A program made the position numbers and the translations under genes. The notes beneath the pieces were generated by a model that was not told the origin of the DNA, made no database searches, and was given only the letters and a program-made list of their open reading frames with translations. DNA of 64,000 nt from Peribolospora baueri (lineage: Eukaryota): assembly GCA_029717555.1 (NCBI GenBank), contig JAMDHS010000005.1, positions 124,001 to 188,000 on the forward strand. The letters run 5' to 3'. Positions 34,157-48,147 of this stretch are shown one piece after another (the first letter of the stretch is position 1; each line of letters begins with the position of its first letter).

Positions 34157-37100
34157 TCATTGCCTCGACGAGCCCGAAGGACGGGGCGTGTTCAAGTGGC
34201 GCAGGTTGAGGTTGAGCGGCGGCACTGACTCGCTGCGCATCTCCTCAATGTCGAGACCAGTGTCCAGCATCGAAGGTCGTACCGATCTCCTGGGCGCGTG
34301 CTGCAACGGCGGCGAACGCTCCCTATCAGCCGCCGGCGACATCCTACTGATCGACGAGCTGCGTGAGTGCGAGGACGACGGACTGGACCGACTAAAGTCC
34401 TCGGGACGGAGGATGGACCTCGTCACACCAGCCCCACCGCCACCGCCACCGCTGCTGCCGCCGCCGACGGAGGACTCGTTTCCAGAGCCGCGGCTCTTGA
34501 ACGACCAACTGTGGTTGCTGCTGTGCGAATAGATGCTGCTTGACGACGACCCTGTAGGAGACGGCTCCATCTCTGTATGCGACGGCGCCGGCATTTCCGC
34601 CACCGGCTCCAACACCGCCGGCGTCGGCGCAGCGGATGTCTGCGAAGCGGGGGGTCCGACAACCGCCTTGGCGTCAGAGAACGGGTTCTGCGAGTTCTGA
34701 GAGCTGGTAGTCGCAGAAGAGCTCCTTCTTCGCTCTTCCGCGTAGAAGGCAGCGGCGGTGCCGAACGTATCTTTGCTGTTCCGCACCCGCTCCTTTACGC
34801 TCGAGCTCGCAGAGGTACGCAGGGACGGAGTCCTCATGTCACCCTGTGCGTACCGTCCACCAACCAGGTTCACACGTTCGCAGGCTCTGGTCAGCGCTCA
34901 TCGACAGGATCGCAGATGAACGTGGTAGATGCGACGCGACTCACATGCGAGGAATATCCGGATTGACGACGCCCACTAACGTCAGACGTTGCTCGAGTGC
35001 TCGTCGAAGCCTGCGTCCCGAGCCGATCTCGGAATGGACCAAAGCCAGCCGCTCCCGTCTCGGCCATGTTTGCAGAGCTGAACGGCGACAGAGGGACGGC
35101 TTGTGTTGGCGTCGTCGATACGCGGCCATCGTCGCCTTCAGTGCCAGTCTCCACGTCCGTCGGCGGCTCCGTCATGTCCGGCACAGGGGTGAGCAGTCCG
35201 TGGTGGCGCATCATGTGCGCCCACTGATCCGACGCGAACTCCGCGTCCGGCAGGTCGAGCATCGCATCGCGCTCGTGCCTGCTCTGTCTGGCGCTCGGTC
35301 CTCCCATAGATAGGAAGGAGTAGTAATGGCTTGGTCGGTAGGGGCGGTTGGACCGAGTGGACGTGGACGACGTCGTGTTGCTCCATCTAGAAGTCTGCTG
35401 TCGCCGCTGCTGAGAGGCCACCCAAATCGACCAACGCTCGTCCCTCGAGCCATCATCACTAGACACCGTTCTACCCTCGCTGCGGCTCCACCGTCCAGTA
35501 GTCGGCGAGATGTCTCCGTCCTCGCTCGCCACATTGCTGAGGACAGAGCCATCCCAGACGACGGAATCGAACATGTTGATCGGACTGGTCCTGCTGCCCC
35601 TCAGTAGCGAGCTGCCGCTCGTACGCAGGCTCGGCGTCGGAGTGAACAGACCTGCGGCGCCGGGAAAGACGCTCTCATGAGGCATCGAAGAGGACCTGCT
35701 CTCGCTCACGCTCCCGTCAGCGGCCACGCGGTCAGGGTAGAGGAGCGCGCCGATTTTGCGATAGAAGTCATCCTCGTCCGGAACGCCGCTCGATACGCTC
35801 GTCATGCTCATGATCGTCGCACGGTTGCGGGCCAGCGTCTCCGCCACGGCGGCCTTCCAGTCCTCCACCGGGATGTTGTCAAGCGCGTCGGCGTCATTCG
35901 AAGTGGAAGCCTCCTGCGAGGTTTCGCCGTGAACGTCCGAGTTGAAAGTTTCCTTCAGCGCCTCGCCATCGTAGGAGTGTTCTCCGTCCTTCGAAGGCCT
36001 CGTAGCAGCCACTGCCGCAGCGGCTCCTACAGCCGCGCCGACTGCAACGCCTGCAGCAGCCTCAGTTTCCCAACCGGAGCTGTCGTGGAAATGCTGAGGA
36101 GAAGCGGTAGGAAGTGGGCCTCGGGAAGCCCAATCGGCGTAGGCGTTCAACGCCGATCCTTTCTGAGCGCTTGCGACGCTGTTCCTCACGCTCGGGTCGC
36201 GCAGTGTGCCGGTGGCCACAGCATCGTTCACGCCTTGGCCGCCATACCAGCTCCCTCTCCCTCCCCTTCCCGGATCCAGCATCGAAGCTCGCACGGCCAG
36301 CGAGCGGGGCTGAGGTCCTGTGGCTGACGATGATGTGGGGGCGCCTACATCGGCCGCGGCCCACGTACCGGACGTCCGCGCGGCCTGGCTCATGCTTGTC
36401 GCTCTCGTCACGCTAGCTGCCCCGGACTCGGACACAGTGGGAGAGTGGAAAGGGTCGGTGGGAATTTCAAGCGGAAAGTGCGCCTCGTCGTCGCCGCCGT
36501 CGCCTCTGGTGGGCCAACCTCTCCTCCTCGTCGCGCTGCTGGGCGCATCCTCGACGGCGCTCGACACGGCCAGAGGAGAAGGCATAAAGAAGCCCCGGCT
36601 GTTCCTCTCCGCCATCACCGGTGTGCCGATCCGTTGGCTCCTAATGCTACCGGCACTGGAGCCACTGCCACCGCTGTTTCCGCTGCTCCCGGAGCCACCG
36701 CTAAACCGGTGAGACCATGGATCGATCCGGCCTTTGAACTCACGGTTCTGGAGGTCGCGCATGCGCTGGCGGTAGAGTATGCGCAGCAGGAACGCCCCCG
36801 CGAGGAGGATGACAAACCCTAGCAGAGAGCCCGCGACGATGCCCGTGATTGCGGCCGCCGAAAGGTTTTTCGATGTGGCTATGCCGGGAGACGTGGAGGC
36901 TGCTGAAGGGGATGTGAACGTCGGCGGCCCGCTTGACAAAGTTGAGGCAGAGGAGACAGAGGAAGATGCAGAAGGGCGTGTGGAAATGTGCGTCTCAGTC
37001 GACGTCATTGTGGAGCTCGGTGGTCGCGAGCGTGATGGAAGCGCACTTGTCGCAACGCTGACAGTGCCGGTGGTGATCGTCGTAGCGCCCAGCGCAGTGG

Positions 37101-38217
37101 TAGTAGGCGCAACACTGCCTGTCGTCCCAAGGTTACTGGTGATCGCTGTAGTGGCCCCACCCGACGCATGAGTCGTGGACGGATCCGGACTTTCGCTCGA
37201 AGAATAGGTCATGCTGCTTGTCCCGTCGCTGCTAGCCGAGGAGCCGGATGCGCTACTCGTCCCATAGCTGCTAGCCGACGAGTCAGTCGCGCTCGTCGTC
37301 CCATGGCTGCCAATCGATGAGCCGGTCGTGATGCTCGTCCTATAGGTGGATGAAGTGTCCAAGATATACGAGCTCGACGCAGAATGGCTAGGCGCAGAAG
37401 TCGGGCTGGGACCGATCGGAGTCGGGACAGTGGGCGAAGTTAAGAAAGGTCCAATAGGAGTGGGAAGGGGGCTGAGGTCGGAGACGAAGGGAAAAGAGGG
37501 AGTGGGAAATGGTCCGAAAGGAGGTGGTGATCCGAATGGGTCGCCGTTGTCTCCCAAAGAGAAATAGGGGCCAAAGTCGGGAGAGTCCGTGGCAGAAGCT
37601 ACGCTGGGGAAGTCGAGCGAGGGAAACGATTCGGTCGGAGCGCCGCCGGTTTGTCCGCCGTTGCCGGCCTGAAAAGGATTTTGATGATTCCAGGACTTGC
37701 TTGGGTCGCCTTCGGCTCCCCAACCTCCCCCACCAAAGCTATTTCCTGTAGCTGCGGCCAAAAACATGGGTGGCTGGGACGAGTGATACGTTGGTTGGAG
37801 CTCTTCGCCAGCAGCCAAAGGCGGATGATGCATCATGAAAGAGCTAGGTTTGTCGACCGACTGAGAAGGCGTCGATTGCAGGCCGCCCTGTTCGATGAAG
37901 ACGTCTTGTTCCATTTCGCCCAAGGCCGCGGCCATCTCCTCTTCCGCCTCCTGAAGGGGAACCCATCGCGGAAAGGACGTCTGCTGGCCATGCGGCGCCT
38001 CGTTGCGTCGCATCATCGCATCGTTGGCCTCATCAAACATGCGTTCACGACCATGATGCCCGCTCGACTCGTCCCCTTCCGCTGTGCTACCGCGATCTCG
38101 ACGCTGCTGTCCATGCGCTCCTTCGTCTGCGACCGCCTCCCTTCTAAACTGGCCGTCATCTTCGCGGCCTCCTGTCCGAGAGGCATCGTTGTAGTTGAAC
38201 GATGCTCCGTTAACCAT
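34157..38217 (-). CDS. Large Ser/Thr-rich single-pass membrane protein (mucin/cell-surface-sensor-like)
   Basis: A >1100-codon ORF with an S/T-rich tract, then TM segment ITGIVAGSLLGFVILLAGAFLL plus RILYRQR and a long disordered tail. Intron 34944-34844 (GTGAGT..CAG) joins the final exon. The start is uncertain. Confidence 0.75.
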
Positions 38218-39376
38218 CGTCGGAAGTGCATAAAGAGCGGTTCGGTGGACCGGTCTGGCGACGGTGCTATATCGAGGATGGTGAGTTTGTGGCGCGCTGT
38301 GCTGTGATTGGGAACCGAGTAAGAAAGCAAGTAACAAAAACAAGAAAAATGGAAGAGAAATAGAGGGTACCAGCCCGCGAAGAGAAAATAATGAGATGAG
38401 AGAGGATGTGGTGCAAGAGGTTGGTGGGTAGTGGGCGGGTGAAGAGGAATACGTGGGTAAACCGACTGCGGATGTGGCGCGCTTCGCACGACAGTAAGTG
38501 TTCGGGTCGAGTCGTAGCTATTCCGTGTGCCCGAGGGAGGCCGGCAAGAACAGGAGACGGAGGACGGGGCGTTCATGTCCACGAGAAAAAGAAACAAGTC
38601 GCAGATGGGGGGAGCGCAGAGTGCGAAGTCACGCACACCACAGGGCGCAGGCGCTGGCACAGCACGAACTCAATTACTTAGCGCTGCCTCTCCTCGACAT
38701 GCTTCACCCGGAAGCTGTGCTCGGCCCAAGCGCCCGCGGTCACAAGGCTAGCTGCGCTGCCATTGCTCTTTCTTGGGTCTGCGAACCCACCGCGGCTGAT
38801 GGCCCGTCGGCGCAAGACTGGAAGAGAAAATGGTCCGTATGGAAGGGGAGAGAGGCAAAGAGGAACAGGTTTGGCGTCGATCAGATTCCACGCCCGAACC
38901 CTAACCCTACTCGTATAACCCTACCTTTTGCGGCGACCCCGCTTTCTGCGGCTGATCGGCTGATCGGCATTTGGATGAGCAAGCGCGAGGTCACTCGTTA
39001 CGGAGGATTCTGGCCGGCAAGATCTCATCTCGCGAGGATCGACAGCGCAAAGGGGAAACGATACCATCTGACGTGCCTTCTCCGACGGCGCTGGCGTACG
39101 CAGCAACGCTCCCTCTCCGAAGGCAGCGAAACCCTGTTCGCTGTTTGTTTGCTCTTCCGCCATCTTTGCCGTCGATCGCTCGCAGAAGCTCACCCCGGTG
39201 CCCAACCGTCCCGTCGCTGAATCCTCGACCAGTGAATAGCTAACGAACCACAGCACACACGCTCGACTTTGGACTACTCCACTGTTCCATCGTTCCCGTT
39301 TAGATACCTCACTCACCCAGCCCCTTATCGGGGACGCCTTCCCACCGACGCTGGACGACAACCTTCCGCACGAGCC

Positions 39377-41456
39377 ATGGCCGGCCATAACCAACGCGAC
39401 CCCGACAACGGCCAGCTCCGCCCAGGACGGGGAGGGCCCAACCCGCTTGGCCCGCTCGCTCCCGCTACCCCTCCTCCCTACACTGATGTCGAGCCCGTTC
39501 AGCCAGTCCGCGCGCATGGCCGTTACCACCACTACCACCATCGCGGCAGAGCGCGGCCTACGCCAGTGCACGTGGAGCAGTATGTACCAAAGGTCCCCGT
39601 CTTCTTGACTGGCGCAACGGGGTACATTGTGGGTTGACGAGCAAGCCAGAACTGTAAGGGGAGCTCTTCAACGATCCCTGGTGCCTGACTCCGGCGTCTT
39701 CCCATTGTATTTGTACTGTGGTCTCCATCCTCCACTCTTGTCGCGTCCACCAGGGAGGCACAGTCCTCCACGACCTCCTCCGATCCGACCTCGCACCCCG
39801 TCTCTCCATAAGCGCTCTGGTCCGCACCGAAGAGCAGGCGAAACAGCTGAAGAAATGGACGAGGGGAAGCGTCATTCCCGTCGTGGGCACGTTGGAGGAC
39901 CTGAGGATCTTGCAGAGGGAGGCGGGCGAGTCGGATGGTGAGTCGCGTGGTTTTTTTTTCCGAGGACGGTAACCGACGTGGTACGCAGAAGGAGTAGTGG
40001 CCCACTGTCTCCGCTCTGAAAAACTTGTTAAATCAACCATTTTGGTCCCCTGCCTTTCCTCTTAGTTGTCATTCACACAGCTCATGCAGACCATGTCCCT
40101 GCCGCCAAGGCGATCATCCAGGGTCTGAAGAACCGCGCAGAGAGGCGTAAACAGACCGGTATTTTGATCCATGTAAGCCTGTTTTTCGTCATGTGAGCAG
40201 GCTACTCCCTCCGAGGAAGAGTCCTTTGTGCGCTGAATAGCGCCGTTCCCTCCTTGCCTTTCTCCGTCCGTTTGTATGTCCTCTGCTTCGTTTTGGCCGG
40301 AAAGACCTCGGGAACGGACATTTTAGCAGACCAAGCAGGCGGTAACTATGTCAATCCCCACGTTTACCTGGACACGGCTATCGACGAAATCCGCTCTCTC
40401 GGACCGGAGCAGCCTCACCGCGAGGTGGATATGATCATCGAAGCGGCTGGAACGAGCGGCGACGTTGAGAGTTACGTCATTATGCCACCTACAGTCTGTG
40501 AGTTGTGTGGGACCGGAAAGATTGAATTGCGCTGCGTTGCATTCCTATGCAATCTGATTCTATGGCTTGACGACCGACTCGCAGATGGCAAAGGGAAAGG
40601 GTCCTTCATCACCACTTCTTTGCAGGTAGGGAGGGAATAACTGCTCTCGACAGTCAACTCAGCCGGTATCGCCTTCACATCTGCTAACCTCGCCTCTCCC
40701 ACTAACCACCAGGTCCCCATGCTCATCCGCGACGCTATCCGCTCCGGCGTCACACATGTCGTTGGCAAAGGTCTGCCGTTATGGAACCACGTGCACATCG
40801 ACGACCTGTCTTCGCTCTACCTCCTCATCCTCCGACAAGCTCTCGAAGCCTCTCACCCAGCTTTCTTCCCCGTCGACCTAACCCACTCCTCTTCATCCAC
40901 CGCCTCTCCCCCGGCCCCGTCTGAACTCCTTGACCCACCCCCGAAGCCACCAAACGGCATAGAAGGCTATTATTTCTCAGAGACGGGAGAACGCTCTTGG
41001 CTGCAGACGTCGCAGTGCGTCGCCGAGACAATGCACGCGATGGGGTACCTCAAGACAGCGGATGTGGTCAGCTGGAAGACACTCGAGGAAGCGGCGCGGG
41101 GCCTGGGCTTGCCGGACGAGTTGGCCTGGGTCGCCAACGTTAGTCATGGGTGCAAGTGAGTCCTTCGCAAAAATTGTCCTGCCTTTATATTTTATTTCAG
41201 TCACGCTTGGGCTCGTCCATTACCGGGTCGTCTCCGATGCTTCCTTAGGAAGCATTTCCGCTTACTATACCTCCTGACCTGCGTGTCCGTCTGATTGCCC
41301 CATCGTTCCCCTCCTCTTTCGTCCACCTAAAGCGCCCGCTCCCGCTGCCCACGAGCTCGCTCGATTGGCTGGCGGCCGGAGCGAGACAGTGATGACTTTT
41401 TCAAGTCCATGCCGGAAGAAGTGGAGCACGTTATTAAGACCGAACACTTGGTCTGA
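39377..41456 (+). CDS. NAD(P)-dependent epimerase/dehydratase (extended SDR)
   Basis: VFLTGATGYI|GGTVL, ALVR, VVIHTAHADH, LIH|TSGT, QPHREVD, IMPPTVY|GKG, WNHVHIDDLSSLY, GYYF, ARSIGWRP. Seven exons. Confidence 0.9.
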
Positions 41457-41779
41457 TGGAGACGGGGACAGAAGGCGGATGGAGGGTGTCACGATCGATC
41501 CTTTCTCTCTTGCCGAACTTCGATTCCCTTCTTTCCCGCCTCCCTGCCATTCATTTCTTTTCTTCCTTACGTTTTCTTCTTTTCCCTCTTTTGCGCGCGA
41601 AAGCAGAATTGTCTTTAGTTTTTTTTTTTTGTATCCTAAGCTACCTATCGTCTCTGCTGTTCCCCGAAAGACAGCGGCTTGCTCTTCTCTTCGCTACCTT
41701 GTATTATCATTCGAAATGGTTTGAGCACATGCTTCTGGGGGGAAGGACGAAATGAGCAACCCCTTCTACCCCCCCCTTT

Positions 41780-42100
41780 AAAACGTGTTCTTCTACTTAT
41801 TTTCGTTCGTTCTTTTTATCTTGGTCTTTATAAGTTAATAATGAATACAATATAAAATGATTTTAATAAAAGAATGTCTAATTGGTTAAACTTTTTTCTG
41901 TTACGCTCTTGTATTAATTTTATAAGTTTAAAGTAAATCCCAGTAGGATAAACAAGTACAATACAAAAATAGGATCGCACCATGCTAACTTACAATTGAT
42001 ACACTTTGTATTGCAGAAAAGTCTTTTAAATAAGATAATCTGCAGCGAAGCTTGCATTAAGTACAATAAAATTTCAAACGATTGCAATTGATTGTAATCG
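41780..42100. other. AT-rich island
   Basis: Visibly ~70% or more A+T with TAAT/ATAA/TTAA runs, in an otherwise GC-rich window. Confidence 0.8.
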
Positions 42101-42260
42101 ACGGCCTTCGAAACCCATCGTACCTTACGAGCCCGGTAACCCCGCCGAGCGCGAACGGTGTTTTCGGGCGAATTAAGCCGACAGCAACTCGGACGACTCC
42201 CTTCGCCCTGTCTGATGCGGCATTCCAATCTCATCTCCTCTCACTCGCTCCTCTCTCAAG

Positions 42261-44161
42261 ATGGTCACCTTCACGTTCTCCATCTCCTTTGGCTTGAGCA
42301 GGAACAAGAAGAAGCGCGACACAGCAAATGTCGCCGATGCGAAGCCTTCCCAGCCTCCGGCGCCAGGAACAGATGTCCCCCTGCCGGTTCGTGCGAGCTG
42401 CGAACAGGTAACTAGAGTCCTTTCACCAATGACGACGCTGACGTTCCTGCGCGCCAGAGCCGCGCGAGAACGCTCAGCTTACTGATCCGTTCCCGTGGCT
42501 TTGCGCGTGCACTCGCAGAACAAGGGGGTTCTCGCATCGAGCGCCTCAAAGGCTCGTGCGGACGCCCCGCCTCGGTACACTCCCCTGTCTTCGTCGCCGA
42601 TGTCCACAGCCCCACTGCTCGATACGATCGAGAGGCGCATCGACTCACTCTCCTCCTCCCTACGTGACTTGTCCCTCAGCATCCACGCCCACCCCCAGAT
42701 CGCGTGGAAAGAGCGACATGCCCACGACGTTCTGACGGAATACATGGAGAAGCAGGAGGGATGGAAGGTGGAGAGGCACATCAAGGGCATTGAAACGGCT
42801 TGGTCGGCTACGTGGACGAGCGAGGGATTCGATGAAAAAAAGCATCGGACGATCGGGTTCCAGAGCGAGGTGGGCTGGCTCGAACTTTCTTTGCCGTGTG
42901 TTGGTGGAGACACGATGGTCGACCTTTTGCTTCCCTCCCCCAGATGGACGCCCTTCCCGGCATTGGGCAGGCATGCGGGCACAGTATGTACCTGGAAACG
43001 CTCATTTCAGCCCCGACGGCGGGCGAAAACCATTGCAGGGTCTCTAGACGATGAGCGTAGAATAACGTACTGTTCTCCGCCGGCCTCTCCTCCGCTCGCG
43101 TTTGGCTCTCTCTCGCAGACCTCATTGCGATATCTGGAGTAGCTTCCGCGCTGGGAACAGTCGCTGCTCTGAAGAAAGGCAATATCATAGCGAGGGTCAT
43201 TCTCCTCGGTACCCCAGGTAGGCCCTTTGACCCTTCGTCTGCAAAGTTACGTTGCTGAGGTCGTTCTTGTCCTCTTTTGGGATGCACAAGCCGAGGAGGG
43301 CGGAGGCGGAAAAATTCTGCTGCTGGAGCGCGGCGCGTACAAGGACATGGATGCTTGCATGATGTGAGTAGACTTGAAGGGCTCGTGCTCTGCGGCGTTT
43401 TGGGAGGACAGGATCTTAGCTTAGTGAGACAAGCGATCTTCCTCAGGCTGCACCCAATGCCGACCTCCGGTGTCGGGCCGTGGTTGGCCGTCACGCCCGT
43501 CAAAGTGGCCTACAAGGGCAAGACAGCGCACGCGGGAGCCGCGCCATGGGAGGGCGTGAACGCGTTGGACGCGGCCGTGCTGGCGTACAGCAACATTTCT
43601 GCCTTGCGTCAGCAGATCAAGCCGACCGACCGCGTGCACGGCATCATCGGCGGAAACGAGAACTGGGCTCCAAACGTGATCCCGGACTATGCCACTCTAT
43701 TCTACAATGTGCGCTCCTCCACCATTGAGGAGCTCGAGGGTCTCAGACCTCGCGTGGATGCTTGCTTCCGAGCGGCCGCTACGAGCACGGGCTGTGAAGT
43801 GGACATTGACTGGGGTATGGCGTATTACGACGTGACGGAGAACCTCCCGCTGGGACGGGCGTACATTGATCTGATGGAGGCGCGGTACGGTGAGAAGGTG
43901 CCCATGGTGCCTTGGAACGCCAGCACGGACTTTGGAAACGTCAGTCACGCTTTGCCGGGTTTGCACGCCGCATACGCCATCCTGCCAGGCGCGCTTCCTC
44001 CGGGGTCCGGTAATCATACCTCCGGATTTGCGACGGCCGCGGCAACGATCGAGGCGCACGAGAGAACGTTGGACGCCTGCGTCGTTCTCGCGGGCACGGC
44101 ATGCACGTTCCTCTGCGACGATGCGTTCGCCGAGGAGGTCAAGGCGGCCTTCAAGATTTGA
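42261..44161 (+). CDS. Peptidase M20D-family amidohydrolase (PM20D2/ACY1L2-like)
   Basis: SIHAHPQIAWKERHAH, SE|MDALPGIGQACGH|NLIA, LLGTP|AEEGGGGK, M|LHP, GKTAHAGAAPWEGVNALDAAV, PNVIP, ASTDFGNVSH, GNHT. An alternative start at 42600 is possible. Confidence 0.92.
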
Positions 44162-44471
44162 GCGGGCCGGAATCGATACCTTGCGGATGGGCAACCGAAA
44201 GCTCCGATCATGTGTCTATTATCGGCCTAGTCCTTGTGATAGTTACGAATCTCTCTCGACCTCGATTAGGCCCATGTCTATGATCCATCTTGGGCTCTTA
44301 CTGAATGACCGTGAGAGTTACAGATTGAAGTCCAGAAATGTATATCGACGTGATGACTCTTCCTCAAGTCCCTCACCCACCTACCATCTATTTTCTATCA
44401 TCTCTCTAAACCACCCATCTATGTTCCGTCCGTCATCCATCGTCCACCATCTAGTTTCCGTCATCTATAAG

Positions 44472-47381
44472 TTATAGCTTAGCGGCTCTCTTCTCCGTCC
44501 AAGCCGGTATTTCGCCCCTCACAAGCTTCCCAATCGTAGAATCATAAGTGGTGACGACTCCGTGCTCGTCACGACCTCCGTTCTTCCCGTCTTGTGCCGA
44601 GCGATTGAGAGGGTCGAGGGACATCCATTCCACGAAACGAATGTACGCACGGCCATCTGCATGAGCGAAAGAAGAACCAAAGTTGTCGATTGTTCAGTAA
44701 CGTAGTGTGAAAGCGCGGGGTTTTTCCAAAAGAAAATGGACGACTTCAAACATCCGACTCACCAGAAGCACCAAGCGCACTATCTAGATACCAATCATCA
44801 AAGTCCCAAGCGTCGACGAGCCCAACGGCGTCGGGCCGCAACTCGGCCAGGGCGATGGCAGCCGCTTCCCTTACCCAGCGAACTTGCTTGGGCGTCAAGT
44901 ATCCGTCCTCGGTGAAATCCCCCAGGTGAGGTAGCACGCAGACTTGGAGGGCATAAAGGGTGCACAGCCTACGGAGGGCGGTGACGATGGCGAGAGAGAC
45001 GGGGGCGCCGAAGACGGACTGTGCCTCTGCTCGAGCAGCGGGATTGGACGAGATACCGTCTATGAAGGTGGAGAAGGCATGTGTGACCATGTAGGCGCCG
45101 TGAGCAACCGAGGCGCGGTAGGCGAGCGAGGCGTCGAAGGTGCGGAGCACGTCCTGGGAATACGGCTTCCCTCGTCCAACGACACCCGGAGGCGATGAAT
45201 TCTTCTTGGCTCGAAGAGCAGACAGCTCCGCGATCAACCGACGAGCGCGGTGAGCGAGAAGGGAGAGCTGTACGGTGGGCCTTTGCAGATCGGAGACGGA
45301 ACGCGCAGCGCATTGATTGTCTGTCGGAGGGCCGGGGCGGAAGGAGAGGTACGTCAAAGAAGGAGCAGGGTAGGAGCTCCTATGCCTGCTTTGGGCCTGC
45401 AGTGTGCACATGCGTCAAACAAGAAGCGAATGCAGGATCTTTTAGCGAAACATCGAGGCGTCGTCCGATCCTGAGCGAAGTGCGACTAACCCGACGATAT
45501 TCCTTCACGAGAAAGTTGGCCGCCGGTCCCGACAGAAGCATGTAGTTGTCTTTAGTAGTCGAGGGGAAGAGGTGCGGGGTTCAGCCACGTCAAGTGAGCT
45601 GGCGTCATGGAAACCGCTTTCCCATCCGCCTAGCGAGGTCGGCCTCTCCACATCTACTCACCTCCCTCATACGTCAACCCGGCGTTCGGCTGATTCCTCT
45701 CAAATTCCCAAATGCCGCTGGCGGCACTGTATCCGTGCCCCCCCATGCTCCTCCTGCAGTCCTGAACGCCTGCCATGCTAGAATCGGTTGAATAAGCCTT
45801 TAGCAGGCTCGACATGCCGTGCACGATTGGCAGGAGGTCGATGCCCTCCTTGCGACCGGGGCCATTGGGCTCTTGCAGCGATGCGATCATGCGTGTGTAG
45901 AGCTGGCGAAGGGAGCGAGAGGCAAATTGGAGAGCGTAGGCGGTCGATACGGCCGACAGGAGTCGGGACGCTACGAGCGGATAAGCGATGATTTGGTTCT
46001 CTTCGGTGGAGGATGGGGAGAGGGAAGAGCCTTGGCGGCGCACGGTTGCATATCTGAAGGAACGAAGCGTAAAGGGAGATCGACTTTAGGTCATGCATCG
46101 CTGAAACGATTACGTGAACTCCTCCGCTGGATTACCTCACGGCGATCGTAACAGCGCGGGCGAGGTGGTGAGCGGCGATCTCGCACAGACCGACTCTGAC
46201 GAGCGTCATGGTGCCCCGCGTGAGGAATTTAGCTTGAGCATTGTGTTTCTGGTACTGACCAGAGGCTGACACAGACTGGAAGCGGGACAGCAGGTTGGTC
46301 CTAATGAATAGGTGGGTAAGAAAAGCGTGGCGAATGTGCAACAGTTAGTACCGGCATCTTAGACCCTCCAGAGGAGGCGGATAAGCGAAAGGTCCCAATG
46401 ACTTACCGAGGGATGCGAACTTGAGTAAACACGCAGTAACCATTGTCCTTTGGCAAGGTGGAAAGGGGCAATATTACGCAACGTCAGTCGAGTGACTCCT
46501 GCAATCGCGCAATCGCCCACGGTCCCCAACTTGGAAGCGCAATGCTCACCATGCTCGTCGCGCCTACTTTGGGGCCCATGTCACGAATGTTCCGGCCCTG
46601 GAGGGTCTTGTGCGTCTCAAGGTCCCGAAGCTGGACGAGGAAAGGGTGCATGCCGTAGTTCTTGCCGTCGATAATCATCTGCGCCTGCACGATGCCGTGA
46701 GTAGCGGTGAGGCCCGCACCGCCGATCCAGGTCTTCCCACCCGCCATGCCGTTCGAGTCAATGACCCACTCGTCAGTGGAGCGATCGAGTGTGGCAGTGG
46801 TCATGAGGCCGCTGAGGTTGCTTCCATGCGCGAGCTCAGTTTGCATATAGCAGCCAAGCCAGCGGCCGCTGTCGACGGCCGGGCCCCAAGAAGCCCATTG
46901 CTGGGCAGAGGACTGGTTCTGCATCGTGGGCACGAACATGGACTCGTGCACTTGGATGGGCAGATAGTCGTCGATGTACAACCTGTCCGCGCCAACAGTG
47001 TGGTAAGACAAGGTCGGGTCAGGCGACGACGTAAGGGCCTCAGAAGAGATGGGAGTCCATCGGAGCGAGCACTGACCTCAGCAAGTCCCGCTCCTCTTTG
47101 GACAACCCCTCCCTGTTGCGAACCTGGAAGTAAGCGAGCACGGTCTCATGCCCGCGCTGGAACCTTTCAGTGCGTCCCAAGAAAGCGCGGTCGGACTTTT
47201 CGAAACGAGGGTCCTGCTTGAGCAGGCCAATTAGCCAGCGGTTGCGATCGCGAAGCGCCTTGGAGCCCGCGACGAGGCAGGACATGGCGTCCGAGGAGAA
47301 GGAGCAGGACCGGCGCGCCTCAGCGAGATCGAGTGGCTGGCGCACCTCGGGCGCAAGGGGAGAAGGTAAAGGGGGAGCCAT
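44472..47381 (-). CDS. POX1: Peroxisomal acyl-CoA oxidase
   Basis: GCYMQTELAHGSN, KTWIGG, FLVQLRD, DMGPK..DNGY..VRIPR, AVTIAVRYATVRRQ, CRRSMGGHGYS, TYEG|DNYML, LRPDAVGLVDAW. The C-terminus AKL* is a PTS1. Confidence 0.95.
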
Positions 47382-48147
47382 GGGGAGGAGGAGACGACGG
47401 CTCTAGAAGTGGAGGAATCCGGGGAAAGAAAGAAGAGCCCAGATAGAGATGAGGATCGAAGAGAAGAGGGGGTAACGTGAATCCCTCGCCGCCGTCAGTT
47501 AAGAAGAAACATTTGTTCCATCCAGTCCTTCTCTCCGGCACTCCGCAACAACGATCAGCCGGGTCCGGAACGATCGTGATCCGGTCGGCATGATCCGGTC
47601 AGATCCCGCCCCAGTGCCATCTGGCTGAAGGAGAGCCAAAGAGATGAGTACGTAGGCAGTTCGAGCGACAGTCGTGGGCGGCTCCGGCACGCGAGTAGAA
47701 ATGTCATGGTAGTCAAGTAGAGCGAAGAAGACATCCAGCCGGCCGACGACCGAACTTGCGTCGTACACGGCTGCGGACCCGTCCTCCATGGCCGATTATA
47801 GCCGATTGCACCATCGCCAACAGTGATCCAGCATTTTGGCTGCTACCTTCTAATCATGATCCTCGCTCTCGCAAGGCAAAATGGGTGCTTCATCAAGACG
47901 ACCGTGGCTATGGAAAACCGCACGGAGACAGGCAGCCAACCTGCGCATCTGAATCTGAATGTCGCCAGTGGCTCTGATGCATGTACGATCTATCTCAAGA
48001 AAGCTATGGATGTCCATCGGGAAACCTGTTATGTACACGTTCACGCGCGCGACCTGACGGCGGGAATCGAGATGAGAGTGTGTACTAGTAAACGCCGGAA
48101 GCGGAGGAGAAAAAAATTTGCGTCGGCGGGCGAGATATACAACAGAA

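Noticed and set aside
47499..48100. Short ORFs upstream of acyl-CoA oxidase
   Set aside because: No recognisable motif or splice structure; most likely promoter/terminator sequence.
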